A stretch of DNA of 64,000 nucleotides from an uncultured delta proteobacterium (GCA_963826785.1 CAWGYD010000008.1:352001-416000); one strand, 5' to 3'; numbered from the stretch's first letter, positions 9,784-20,057 are shown. The notes: generated by a model not told the origin, from the sequence alone. Translations and numbers: made by a program.

Positions 9784-10252
9784 ATGAACCGAGAAAGAAC
9801 ATATATGATCATTTTCGCCCTTATCCTTTTCACCGCCGCACCGGCTCTTTGCGCAAAACCAGACGGATCACGGGAATATGAATATGCCCATGGCGGGAGA
9901 AAGCCATGCTGCGGGCCAGGCTATCGCAAAAGACACCGTGGACGGCTACACCCTGTCTTACCGCCTGATCGACATGCGTCAGATGGCAAAAGAAATGCCG
10001 GAAATGACCGCCACGCATCACCTGATGCTCTACATCACCGATCCCCAGGGACAGCCGGTGACAAACGCCACGGTGGGTTTTCTGATCGAAGGTCCGGACG
10101 GATCGGAACAGCAGGTGATGGCCATGTCAATGGGCGACGGGTACGGGTCGGACGTCAGTATCAAACAGCCCGGAAAATACATTGTCAAGGCCAAGGCGGT
10201 GACCGGGGAAAAGACGCTTCTGGATGAATTCAGCTATGAATTGGCGGATTGA
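9784..10252 (+). CDS. Secreted Met/His-rich small protein (putative periplasmic metal chaperone), frameshifted near 9855
   Basis: RBS AAGGAGA, then signal peptide (MIIFALILFTAAPALCA). The +1 frame continues QTDHGNMNMPMAGESH... with HHLMLYI, MAMSM and PGKYIVKA in a beta-rich domain. Confidence 0.7.
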
Positions 10253-10351
10253 TTATTAACCCAAACCCCTTGACCGCGGGTCCATTATAATCTATGGGAT
10301 CTGTTTCTGGAAAAAGACAGATCGTACACGAAAATCGAAAGGATATACCCG

Positions 10352-11020
10352 ATGTCCCGACCCGCTATCAACCAGCGCTTTATGCTGGAGCCCCGCTCTC
10401 TGAAAGTAAACGAAACGCGGCTGGAGATATTCTGCATAAAAAACCTCGATCCGTTTATCCGGCAGCTGGAGGAAAAAGGCGACGCCTACGTGCCGGAGTT
10501 TCCCTTCTGGGTCAAGGTCTGGGAAGCGTCCCTGGTGCTCCTCGATTACCTGGCGAACAGGGACCTGGGGAAAAACCGCAGGATCCTGGAAATCGGCGCC
10601 GGCATGGGAGTGGTGGGGCTGTTTCTGGGATCACTGGGGCATCGGGTGACCATCACCGACAACAACCCCGATGCCCTGGAACTGGCGGAATACAACGTCC
10701 GGCACAACGGCCTCGAAACCGTGGACGTCCAATACCTGGACTGGAACCAGCCGCAGTTTGATGAAAAATTCGATATCGTCTGCGGCGCCGAACTGCTCTA
10801 CAATGAGTCCGCCGTGGAACCGGTCCTTGCCATCTGCCGCGGCCTGCTCGAAACTAAAGGCACTGCATACCTGGCCCACAACCGCATGCGGCGGTTTCTG
10901 CCCCCCTTTGCCCTGCTGGCCTCAGAGACATTCAACGTAAAAACCGTGGACAAGATCCTGACCGGAAAGGATGTTGCCCAGAAAGTCATTCTCCACATCC
11001 TTTCAACCCGAAATTCGTGA
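10352..11020 (+). CDS. Class I SAM-dependent methyltransferase (METTL21/Methyltransf_16-like)
   Basis: PFWVKVWEAS, ILEIGAGMG, ITD, LDW and FDIVCGAELLY motifs. Confidence 0.85.
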   Translation: MSRPAINQRFMLEPRSLKVNETRLEIFCIKNLDPFIRQLEEKGDAYVPEFPFWVKVWEASLVLLDYLANRDLGKNRRILEIGAGMGVVGLFLGSLGHRVTITDNNPDALELAEYNVRHNGLETVDVQYLDWNQPQFDEKFDIVCGAELLYNESAVEPVLAICRGLLETKGTAYLAHNRMRRFLPPFALLASETFNVKTVDKILTGKDVAQKVILHILSTRNS

Positions 11021-11031
11021 AGCAGGCTAAT

Positions 11032-11071
11032 AAAAAAGCCGTTTTTTCCAGACCAGGGAAACAACGGCTTT
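11032..11071. terminator. Hairpin between convergent genes (probable intrinsic terminator)
   Basis: AAAGCCGTT...AACGGCTTT inverted repeat, followed by a T-tract on the minus strand. Confidence 0.55.
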
Positions 11072-11128
11072 GATAAGGAACAGGCATTATATGAAAAAAG
11101 GCTCCCCACGGGAGCCGATTTAAATACC

Positions 11129-11335
11129 TCACCCCTTGGGCGCACAGGAAGACGGCCGGAAATTATCGGATCCCGCCGAATGGGCCCCCCGGGTCCGGAC
11201 GCAGCCGGCGGACATCAGCTTGTTGGTTCCCCGGCAGCCGCAGTCGGGACATTCCGGATTTTCACGGTCCCCTCCGATCACCAGCTTTTCAAACCGGCAA
11301 TGGCATTTTCCGCATTCAAATTCATATATCGGCAT
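11129..11335 (-). CDS. FmdB-family zinc-ribbon protein
   Basis: MPIYEFECGKC...FEKL...CPDCG...KLMS signature, RBS AAGGAGA. Ends at TGA (see findings). Confidence 0.9.
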   Translation of the reverse strand: MPIYEFECGKCHCRFEKLVIGGDRENPECPDCGCRGTNKLMSAGCVRTRGAHSAGSDNFRPSSCAPKG

Positions 11336-11406
11336 CATTTTCTCCTTTGTCGCTGAAGTTCAGATTAAAATTCACTTAGGTGAATATAAATCCAATCCCG
11401 GCAAAA

Positions 11407-12962
11407 TCAAGGATGATGCACCTGGAGGCCGACGGGAATTTCGATATCAAAAGTCACCCCTTTTCCAGGAGAACTGGCGCACCGGATGGTTCCGCCCAGG
11501 GTTCGGGTCACCAGGTTGTAGACAATATGCATCCCCAGGCCGGTGCCCCCTTCCCCCCGCCGGGTGGTGAAGAACGGCTCGTATATCCGTTTCAGGGTGT
11601 CTGCATCCATGCCCCGGCCATTGTCGCTGTAGCGCATACGAAGCATCTGTTCATGCAATGAGACTTCCAGCCGGATCACGCCTGTTTTCATATCCGCAAA
11701 CCCATGGATCAGGGAATTCATCATCAGGTTGGTGATGATCTGTGAAAACATACCCGGGTAGCTGTCGATTTCCAGGTGCTCGGGACAGTCCACCTCGATT
11801 TTATGCCCGGTCCGTTTGAACTGGAACTGCATGCTCAAAAGGGTGCCATGGATATAGCTCTTCAGGTCGAATTTCCGGCGGGTTTCCGTGGACTGGTCCA
11901 CGGCGACCTGCTTGAAGTTCTTCACCAGTTCCACCGCCCGGTTCAGGTTATGCACGATAATCGATATGGAATCGGACACCTGCCGGATATATTTTTCAAA
12001 TGCATGTTGATATTAGCCGGATCCAGGGTCCGTCCGGCGATTTCACGGGTTTTTTCCTGAAGAAAAGACGCGGCCGTCACGGTGACGCCGATGGGGGTAT
12101 TGATTTCATGGGCCACCCCGGCCACCAGGCCGCCCAGGGAAGCCATTTTTTCAGCTTCCACCAGCTGCGTCTGGGTCCGGCTCAATTCCGCCATGGAGGC
12201 ATGCAGATCCTGATTGGTCTGAAGCAGTTCTTGAGCCGCCCGGTTCAATTCCGCATTTGAAATCTCCAGACGGTCCTTCTGGATCATAAGCTCCTTCTTG
12301 GTGCGCTTGAGCAGGTCCGATGCGGACGAGACGAGAAATGCCATCACATAGAGGGTGATGCCCAGGCTTGAAATGATCAGCAGCACTTCGGACAATGAAT
12401 AGTGATATCCCCAGGTGTTGTTCTGGTGGGGAATGATCCCGAAATGCTCCATCAGGACCATGGCGGCAAATGAAAATCCGCAGAGGGTGGCGATGATAAA
12501 GGAATACCGCCGGGGCGCGACCACTCCGACATACGCGATGAGCACGCCGTATATAAGCGCCAGATATACCCCTCGGATCCCGCCCAGAAAATAGATGATT
12601 ACCGTATCGCCGATCGCTTCGGCCATGTTGATGGAAAGATTGTAAACTTCCATCGCCGATTTGCCGGTCACCCGCTTCAATCCCCAGAGAAACGGGATGT
12701 TAACCGCGATGATGATCCCGCCGACGATGGTGATGGCGATAATGGAACCGGTATCGATCACGTCAAAAAAGTAGGCCCAGACCAGAAACAGCCATATGAC
12801 AACAATGGCGCCGGTACGGGCAAATGCGCCCCGAAGATGCCGCTGGTAGATAAGCTTGAGCTGGTGGGTGGACAGACGGGAAGCCGAATGGAGAAACGAA
12901 GGATCTGTCTGCGGCTGCAAAATATCTGATGCCTGCTTCAACACTTCTCCTGTAAATTTCAA
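11407..12962 (-). CDS. Multi-TM sensor histidine kinase, frameshifted near 12005
   Basis: ORF 11943..12962 has about 6 TM segments, a coiled coil and EKMASLGGLVAGVAHEINTP. The second frame (FEKYIRQVSDSIS...NFKQVAVDQ, SYPG, NSLIHG, DNGRG, EPFFTT, GTGLG) completes the HATPase domain. Confidence 0.85.
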
Positions 12963-13020
12963 TGCATCACGGTGACTTGTGCCGAGAACCGAATTTTTTG
13001 CCGTCGCCGCAATACAATAG

Positions 13021-13049
13021 TTGACAACCCCGAGATCGCATGCTAATTT
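13021..13049 (+). promoter_or_regulatory. Sigma-70 promoter of tRNA-Pro
   Basis: TTGACA, 17 nt spacer, then TAATTT preceded by an extended -10 TG, about 13 nt upstream of the tRNA. Confidence 0.7.
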
Positions 13050-13061
13050 TTCTTTTTAATG

Positions 13062-13141
<80 letters not shown>

Positions 13142-13149
13142 AAAAAATC

Positions 13150-13182
13150 AAGGGTTTACGGTTCGTCCGGAGCCCTTTTTTT
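13150..13182 (+). terminator. Probable intrinsic terminator after the tRNA
   Basis: Imperfect stem AAGGGTTT...GAGCCCTT followed by a T-run. Confidence 0.5.
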
Positions 13183-13426
13183 ATTGCATTTTTTCGCCAG
13201 GGGGCCGTTTTTTCCCGCCACACCTTTTTTCTGCTTCGTAATTGCCAATTTCAAAACTTACCTTAGAGCATCAGCCAAGTCAAACTTTTGATATGAGGTC
13301 TATTTCCGAATGTTGTCCTCCACACTGCCTGCTGTCCCAAACAGAGGGCATTACGGCCCAGGAACCCCGTAAAAACATTGGTTAGGGGCAAAGGGTCCCC
13401 CCCAAACAGGTTTGCTTCAAAGTTAA

Positions 13427-15133
13427 AGTCGCCTGAAAGAAGTCCTTGCCGGAAAGGAATGGACAATCAGTGATCTCATCATATCAAAGGTCACAAAAAA
13501 GCCAATAGTTACAATAAGCCACAGGATCAACACACCAGAAGGCAAGCCGCTCGGAATTGTGGTTGCGGCCATAGACCCTGACAGGATTGGTGAACGGCTC
13601 GGTTTCAATCGATCAGGCGGAGGGATCATCACTTTTTTTGACCGGAATGGAAGAGAGGTCCTTCAGTATCCCTCAGAAAATTGGGATTGGCGGCAGCGGG
13701 GTGCCTATAAAGACTTGCCGGCCATAAGGGTTGCGCTTGGCGGAAAAGAAACCGTGACCACCATCCCTCACTTTCTGGATGGGAAAAAACGGATAGCGGC
13801 AATGGTGCCCGTGCCGATGAACGGGTGGATCGTCTGCGCCAGCCGTCCGACCCGGCAGGTTTTCCAGCCCATCATCCACAGGATCGTCCGGCAAGGGCTT
13901 TTTTTTGTACTTCTTGTGATTTTTGTCTTTGCCATAGCCATGTTTTTTTCACAGCGAATCGTATCTCCTTTGAAAAAACTGCATCAGCATGCACTGGCAT
14001 TAGGCAGCAGCACAGAATACCCCACGCTTGAGATTGACAGTTCTGATGAGGAAATAAAGGATCTTGCCTTTGCCTTCAATAAGATGACGACTGAGATTTC
14101 AAAGCGTGAAAAGGCTTTGGACGAGGCACGCCTGCGCCTTCTTGCCGTTTTGGAAGGTATCCCTGCATTTGTCTACCTGCAAGGCCCGGATTGTGAAATC
14201 AAGTATGCCAACCGCACTTTCCGGGAAACCTTCGGTGACCCTGAAGGCAAGCCATGTCATGAGGTGCTTCGTGGCGAGAACAGTCCGTGTGCCGGTTGTA
14301 CGGTCGATAACATTTTCAATTCCAGGATGGTGCAGGATTGGAAGTGGCGCAGCGTCAACGGTCGAATCTATCATATGCATGATCGCCCGTTTGAAGATTT
14401 TGATGGCACATGCTCAGTGCTTAAGATGGGTTTGGATATCACAGAGCAGGAGCAGGCGGCGGAAAACCTCAGGCAATCTGAAGAACAGTCAAGACAACTC
14501 GCGCTAAGGCTCTTCTCGGCCCAGGAAGAAGAACGGAAACGAATCGCAGGAGAACTTCACGACAGCGTCATGCAGACCCTTGTGGCCATGAAGTTCAGCA
14601 TCGAAAGAGCCGTCCAGAATCCTGACCATGAGCGCACCGATGAAGCCGATCGGTCAATGAAGCTTCTTTTTTCGCTCATTGACAACGCCATGCAAGAGAT
14701 GCGGGCCATCTATTCGGGACTCCGGCCGCCGATGCTGGACAAATCGGGGATCATCGCCACCCTGGACTGGCTATGCCAGAACTTTCAAAAAATATATCCA
14801 ACCCACCAGCTTGAGGCCATTTATGAAATTAAAGAGCAGGAGATCGCGGATAGACTCCAGATCATCATCTTCCGGGTGGCCCAGGAAGCATTGAACAATA
14901 TCGCCAAGTACAGCAAATCAGAGCACGCTCGGATATCTTTGGTCAAAACAGAGGGCCTGATCCGGCTGGATATCATGGATGACGGGGTGGGATTTGATAT
15001 GGAAAATCATCGGCAAGGGCTCGGGTTGATCAGCATGAGAGAGCGCGTTGAACTTTCAGGCGGCAATTTCAAGATTGAATCCCGGCCCGGCCATGGAACC
15101 GCCATCACGGCCGAGTGGCCCCAAGTGGTGTAA
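13427..15133 (+). pseudogene. 5'-truncated Cache-HAMP-PAS-HisKA_3 sensor kinase
   Basis: The frame is open from an in-frame TAA at 13424-13426. It reads as mid-Cache sequence (KEVLAGKEWTISDLIISKVTKKPIVTI) with no first TM or convincing start. Then TM, HAMP (PLKKL...EIKDLAFAFNKM), PAS, QEEERKRIAGELHD, LRPPML, QEALNNI, DDGVGF, GLGL. Confidence 0.7.
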
Positions 15134-15296
15134 GGCCCAATTTGATGGCAAGAGATGCACTGCCCCGGACCAGGAATTCAGCCCCGGCAGTAAGCGCGAG
15201 TAATCCGGCAATAAAAGTAACTATTTCCAAAATCATCCAATTTTCCGTTGGCGCACAGGCTTAAAAACCCTGTGCGCCTGATTCATTTTTCACCGG

Positions 15297-15479
15297 TTAC
15301 AGCAAATATCTGCGGCTGATCCAAAGCGCGATCAGAAAAGCAGCGGCAATCGCGAACATCTTCACCAATCCCATCAGGTTTTCAGCTAATGTGTATGTTT
15401 TTGGGGAATAATCAATTGTCGCTCCTGAAGGGTCTTTGAGTTTCAGCGGGTCTTTTGATCGCAAATCCTGATTGGACAT
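15297..15479 (-). CDS. Small membrane protein (60 aa)
   Basis: Strong RBS GGGAGG before ATG at 15479; MSNQDLRSK...YSPKTYTLAEN followed by one C-terminal TM. The longer 232-aa ORF call is probably over-extended. Confidence 0.6.
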   Translation of the reverse strand: MSNQDLRSKDPLKLKDPSGATIDYSPKTYTLAENLMGLVKMFAIAAAFLIALWISRRYLL

Positions 15480-15628
15480 AAATTTTCCTCCCATGACCTG
15501 CATTGAAGATAATCCCCCCGGGTCAGTATGCCTGGCGATGGGTATCTTCTTGTCATGCCTTATATATGTGGATTCAATCGGTCTGCAATGGAACATGCCT
15601 TCAGACCAGAAAACATGGAATCTCTTCT

Positions 15629-15995
15629 TCAGACTGATGAGGCGAAGGGGGGTGCCCGAATAAGGCCGGATGAAAAGTGCTGACAATTTATTGCATCTTC
15701 GTGCGCGAAGGAAGGAAGGGGGGAATAATCCTTTTCGAAAAGCAGTGCATTTGGTTCCTGGAGCAGGATGAAGCACATTATCGGTGCTATTCCGCCGGTT
15801 TCGTTCTCCGGCGGTAAAGAGAACAGACGCGCTGTTCTCGAATTCAAGGCTATAAATAACTTTCTCGGCAGAGGACCGCGAATCATTCCACTCAGGGCTT
15901 GATTGCGATGGTGAAAAACCCGCAGGCGCGATGCCAAACACAAGCAGGCAGGTCAGGACTACCCAGAATCGATATTTAAAGGCGGTATTTAACAT
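15629..15995 (-). CDS. Putative leader protein: N-terminal signal/TM plus C-terminal RAPP motif (needs one frameshift)
   Basis: One frame gives MLNTAFKYRFWVVLTCLLVFGIAPA. The +1 frame ends ...HFSSGLIRAPPFASSV*. Confidence 0.45.
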
Positions 15996-16401
15996 TTTGA
16001 TACCGATTCGGTGGTTTCTGCCGTTATTTGGGTGAATTTTTTAACCAGTTAAAATTCAATGCGATTTTCTATAGAAAGATAACTCAGATGAACGGCGAAA
16101 ACAATATCGATTGTAAAAAATGGTCCATGGCGGAATATTGTAATGATCGCCATGGGATGGAAAATCGGCGGCGAAGGGCGCAAGGCGCCGTGCAATCAAG
16201 ATTTAAACAGATCTGTTATAAACAATTCCAGGATTGATCTTTCACCAGAGGCGATAATTCCTCCAAATCCACAAATAAAGCCCTTTCAGAACAATTATCT
16301 CACATTGCTTTTTTACCGATTCAATGTTAATCGTTTGGCCGCTAAAACGGGTGCGCAATTGCATCAAAAAAATCCTTTATCTATTTGAATTGGAGACAGT
16401 G

Positions 16402-17064
16402 ATGAAAAAAGCGGCAGCTTATATAACGACGATTTTCTTTGCGATAGGTTTGCTGTTTGGCTGCACCACCGGCCAGCCGAACAAGACAGCGGCAGGCGCT
16501 GGAATTGGTGCCGTGACCGGGGGCGTGGTAGGTGCGGTGATCGGCCACCAATCCGGTCACAAAAAAGGCGGCGCGGTGATCGGAGCGGTGGCCGGCGGAG
16601 CGATCGGCGCCCTCATCGGAAATCGTATGGAGAAGCAGGCAAAGGAGTTGGAGCAGGTCCAGGGCATGGAAGACGTATCCTATGACCCGGAACAGAAGAA
16701 AATTGATGCCACCCTGGATGTTTTGTTCGATTTCGACAAGGCGAATATCCGATCATCCGAACGATCGAAACTCGACGAACTGGCCCGGGTTTTTTCCAAA
16801 TATCCAGAAAACATCGTGATGATTGAAGGGCATACCGATAGCGCGGGGACCGATAATTATAACCTGAATCTGTCGGAGGAACGGGCCCAGAGTGTGGCTG
16901 CCTACCTGAGGTCCCAAAATATCGATATTTCAAGCCTGACGGCCAGAGGATACGGTGAGAGCCGGCCGGTGGCCAGCAATGCCACCGCGGAGGGGCGCGA
17001 GAAGAACCGCCGTGTGGAAATCAAGATCACAGCCGATCCGAGCCGCGTGCCACAGAGCAATTGA
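16402..17064 (+). CDS. OmpA-family lipoprotein with glycine zipper
   Basis: Lipobox LFGC, GAxxG glycine-zipper repeats, LFDFDKA, IEGHTDS, NLNLSEERA, GYGESRP, NRRVEI. Confidence 0.93.
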   Translation: MKKAAAYITTIFFAIGLLFGCTTGQPNKTAAGAGIGAVTGGVVGAVIGHQSGHKKGGAVIGAVAGGAIGALIGNRMEKQAKELEQVQGMEDVSYDPEQKKIDATLDVLFDFDKANIRSSERSKLDELARVFSKYPENIVMIEGHTDSAGTDNYNLNLSEERAQSVAAYLRSQNIDISSLTARGYGESRPVASNATAEGREKNRRVEIKITADPSRVPQSN

Positions 17065-17223
17065 CGTCAACATATCCAACCGATTGGCTCCCCGGCCAAT
17101 ACCGAGGAATCATGCGACTTGAAAAGCGGCATTTTCAACCCTGATCGGGGGGCCGCCGGGCCGAGGCTTTTCCCGGCGACCCCTCATTTCCAATGCGGGT
17201 TTTCACATTGCCGGATGCGGGGA

Positions 17224-17988
17224 TTATCCTGGATAGCTCTCAATTGCAGCCAAAAGGGCGCGGATGTGCCCTTTTATGGTTTCGAAGCCCATGCTTTTTT
17301 TTCCGCTGGCCTCATCCATGTAAAGACTGCGATTGACTTCCACCATTATCGATATCACCCGGCGATTTTTTTGGAAAAATTTCAGGGGCACGATGGTTCC
17401 GGCATAGGGACGATCGATTCCGACGGTAAACCCCCTCTCTTTGAGAAAGGAAACGGCGGTTTCAATCAGCGGCAACCGCGTGTGAACCAGATCCGTCCCG
17501 ATGCAAAAATCCGGCCTTGGCACTGACTGGTCCATGTCGTATGGCAGGGGATGATTTGGAAAACTGTGGCAATCCACGATCAACGCATCACCGCTTGCCT
17601 CCAACTCCGCTTCCACCTCAGCCTGAAGCGCCTGATGATGCTTGTCATAATGCTCAATGATCAGGTCTTCGATTTCCTTTGGACTCAAGTTCCGTTTGAG
17701 CTTATTGCCGCTGGCGGTAAGCGTATATATTTTGCCCATGCCTCTTTTACTCATGGGTTCCAGGTTATCATCGACAAACCGTTCCACATCCACCAGGAGC
17801 CGGGACATGGGGAAGATGACCGGTTTTGCCCCGGGAAAATCATAAAGCTCGTCTGTGTACAGATCCGTCATGAGCAGGAGTTCGGCTCGGAGCGCTTCAT
17901 CCGAAAGAATGAACTGATCTCTTAAGTTTTCGGGAATATTAAGGGATGAATGTGGGATATGCAGAATCATCGCTTTAACATAAACCAT
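17224..17988 (-). CDS. N-formylglutamate amidohydrolase
   Basis: LHIPHS, TDLYTD, SRLLVDVERF, DCHSFP, RPDFCIG, PYAG, IMVEVNRSLY. Confidence 0.9.
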   Translation of the reverse strand: MVYVKAMILHIPHSSLNIPENLRDQFILSDEALRAELLLMTDLYTDELYDFPGAKPVIFPMSRLLVDVERFVDDNLEPMSKRGMGKIYTLTASGNKLKRNLSPKEIEDLIIEHYDKHHQALQAEVEAELEASGDALIVDCHSFPNHPLPYDMDQSVPRPDFCIGTDLVHTRLPLIETAVSFLKERGFTVGIDRPYAGTIVPLKFFQKNRRVISIMVEVNRSLYMDEASGKKSMGFETIKGHIRALLAAIESYPG

Positions 17989-18052
17989 TTGCGGGGGATG
18001 CTCAAGAGGCTAAATTGAAGCCCGGCCATTGGATCTGCCATTTTGCGCCTTT

Positions 18053-18499
18053 CTATACGGCCACCTTGATCACCACCTTGTGGATCAAAGAAGCGGAAAC
18101 CATGGGAGCGTGTGCATCTTCAGGAAAAAAGGCGGCAAACTGCCCTGCGTGAACGTGTACCCGGGTATCAGGGGTGTCGTAAAAAAATTGAAGATCCCTG
18201 TCCGGGTCATAGCCGGCCACTTTGCGTGCGCATCCGGACCGGGGTTTCCAACCGATTGAGTCCGTTCCATGGAGCACCACCTGGATATCGATGTACGCAT
18301 TATGGATTTCGAGCAAGGCCTTCTCGGGCGGCTTACCAACTTCTTTGATCACCAGCGCATAGATTTCATTTCCGCCGAGTTCGTGCCGGCCGCAGGGCAG
18401 GTCGGCGAGATCGACCCTTTGAAGAAAAGCGGCCGCGGCCGGAAAGAGACGATGCATCGATTCATAATGGGCCAGGCGGCCGATGACATCCAAAATCAT
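18053..18499 (-). CDS. YhcH/YjgK/YiaL (DUF386) family protein
   Basis: MILD start, EIHNAYIDIQ, YDPDRD, FFPEDAHAP, KVVIKV. Start overlaps the sulfotransferase stop. Confidence 0.9.
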   Translation of the reverse strand: MILDVIGRLAHYESMHRLFPAAAAFLQRVDLADLPCGRHELGGNEIYALVIKEVGKPPEKALLEIHNAYIDIQVVLHGTDSIGWKPRSGCARKVAGYDPDRDLQFFYDTPDTRVHVHAGQFAAFFPEDAHAPMVSASLIHKVVIKVAV

Positions 18500-19632
18500 A
18501 ACGTTGCTGCCCTCATTTCCGGTTCAAGTTCCCCGAATGGGTCGTCGGTATACAGAAACCCAAAGTCCTTTCTGACCCGTTCGTCTGATATACCGAAATC
18601 CGCCAGGGTTTTCACCTGGTGTTTCCGCTGATACGATTTCTGCTTTTGCGCCTGAAGCGATACAGCCTCGCGCAGCGCCTCACTGGGTTTGATTCCCGTA
18701 AACTCGACGATCTGCTCAAACATGGGGATCAACTCCCTGCGCAGCTTTTGATATGGAACGATCAGCACCTTTTTTCTATCGATTTCATTTTTGTGCCACA
18801 AATCATAAAAATACCGGTACAATTCCAGACTGGCCTGGTATCGGCGGTTGTAGTAATTGGCTTTCTGCTTTTCGGAAAACCGGTGCATTCCCCACAAAAT
18901 ATCGAGCGTATTGTAATTTAACGATAGATAGGACGGCAGGGTATCTTCGGGCATGCGGTGCATATAGATAAAACGGGCATCCGGAAATACGTCGAGAAGC
19001 GTCTTGATCCGATGGGTGGAAAAATGGGTCTGGGCAAAAATCTGTGTTTTGCCGGTATCATGGATATGGCGCTTGAAAATGGATTGTAAAAACCGGGCCG
19101 ACTTGATTCTTCTTTTTTCCGGCTGAAGGTCATGGAAGCGGATTTCCCGATAGTCGTTTTCGACAAATCCCAGCGGTGTGCCGATGATCACGAACTGAGT
19201 GTCGTGGTTGTGCAGGAAGAGCATTTCGTCTTCCTCCACCGAATCCAGAGCAATCTGGTGGCCGGCCGCCTCCGGGATGAGCACAACCGGTTGTTTCCGC
19301 GTCAAAAACCGCACGATCGGGCCGACGATTTTCCGGGCCGTAAGCGCGGGAAACAGCAGCTGCCAGGTGGTAAAAGCGGCCATTTCCCCCGTCTGGGTAA
19401 ACAGGTGATGGATGAAGGTGGTGCCGCTTCGGGGATGCCCGATGATAAATACCGGCCGTTTGACTTTCACCTTTCGGAATTTCGGGAAGAACAGATGATC
19501 GAGAAACAGCGTCACGGCAGTGAAAAAAGAATGCACCATGAAAAACAGGATCACCATAACAAAGAAAGCAAAATTTTTGCTGAACCCGAACAATTCCCAG
19601 CTGGCTGCCAGCCCCTGCCTGTACATTCTCAT
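18496..19632 (-). CDS. PAPS-dependent sulfotransferase with N-terminal TM
   Basis: PVFIIGHPRSGTT 5'-PSB loop, EEDE, FPDARFIYMHR..., Y..YQKL. Confidence 0.85.
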   Translation of the reverse strand: MRMYRQGLAASWELFGFSKNFAFFVMVILFFMVHSFFTAVTLFLDHLFFPKFRKVKVKRPVFIIGHPRSGTTFIHHLFTQTGEMAAFTTWQLLFPALTARKIVGPIVRFLTRKQPVVLIPEAAGHQIALDSVEEDEMLFLHNHDTQFVIIGTPLGFVENDYREIRFHDLQPEKRRIKSARFLQSIFKRHIHDTGKTQIFAQTHFSTHRIKTLLDVFPDARFIYMHRMPEDTLPSYLSLNYNTLDILWGMHRFSEKQKANYYNRRYQASLELYRYFYDLWHKNEIDRKKVLIVPYQKLRRELIPMFEQIVEFTGIKPSEALREAVSLQAQKQKSYQRKHQVKTLADFGISDERVRKDFGFLYTDDPFGELEPEMRAATL

Positions 19633-19719
19633 GCGGGCCTTCCTTCCTGGTAAGGGATAAATTAGATCAAAACTAACCGTTTTCTATTTGCTTTGCAACA
19701 TGCAAACAGGGGCACGATT

Positions 19720-19995
19720 CATCCTCAAAAAATGCGGGTTCGAGCCGGAGAGTCGGATATGGTTGACGCTTCGGGAAATTTTTTACGCCGATGCGATGAT
19801 AAGGTCATGATGTATCCCATGCTGGAGATGGCGGGGTTCAGAAGCTTTTTTATCGATGAGATTCTGTATGTCTACAACATATACGAAAAGGATTTTCAGG
19901 TGGGGAAAGGTGCAAACATCACTCAAAGGTGGTATTTGCGCTGCATCCGTTCAATTCTCAAGCGTAAAGACCGTTATTCACCCATCGATACGTAA
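19720..19995 (+). pseudogene. Fragment resembling the C-terminal part of a GT2-family glycosyltransferase
   Basis: D.SGNF....DD...MYPMLEMAG....FIDEILYVYN resembles a GT-A C-terminal region. No N-terminal domain or good start. Confidence 0.5.
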
Positions 19996-20057
19996 ATACG
20001 CAGGCCTCTGAAAAAAGGCCCCGCAGGTTTTTCCCGGCAACGGTCATGTCCGGTTTG

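Noticed and set aside
15634..15665. CTGATGA followed by a short stem (hammerhead-like); also at 46126
   Set aside because: The required GAAA after stem II and stems I/III are absent.
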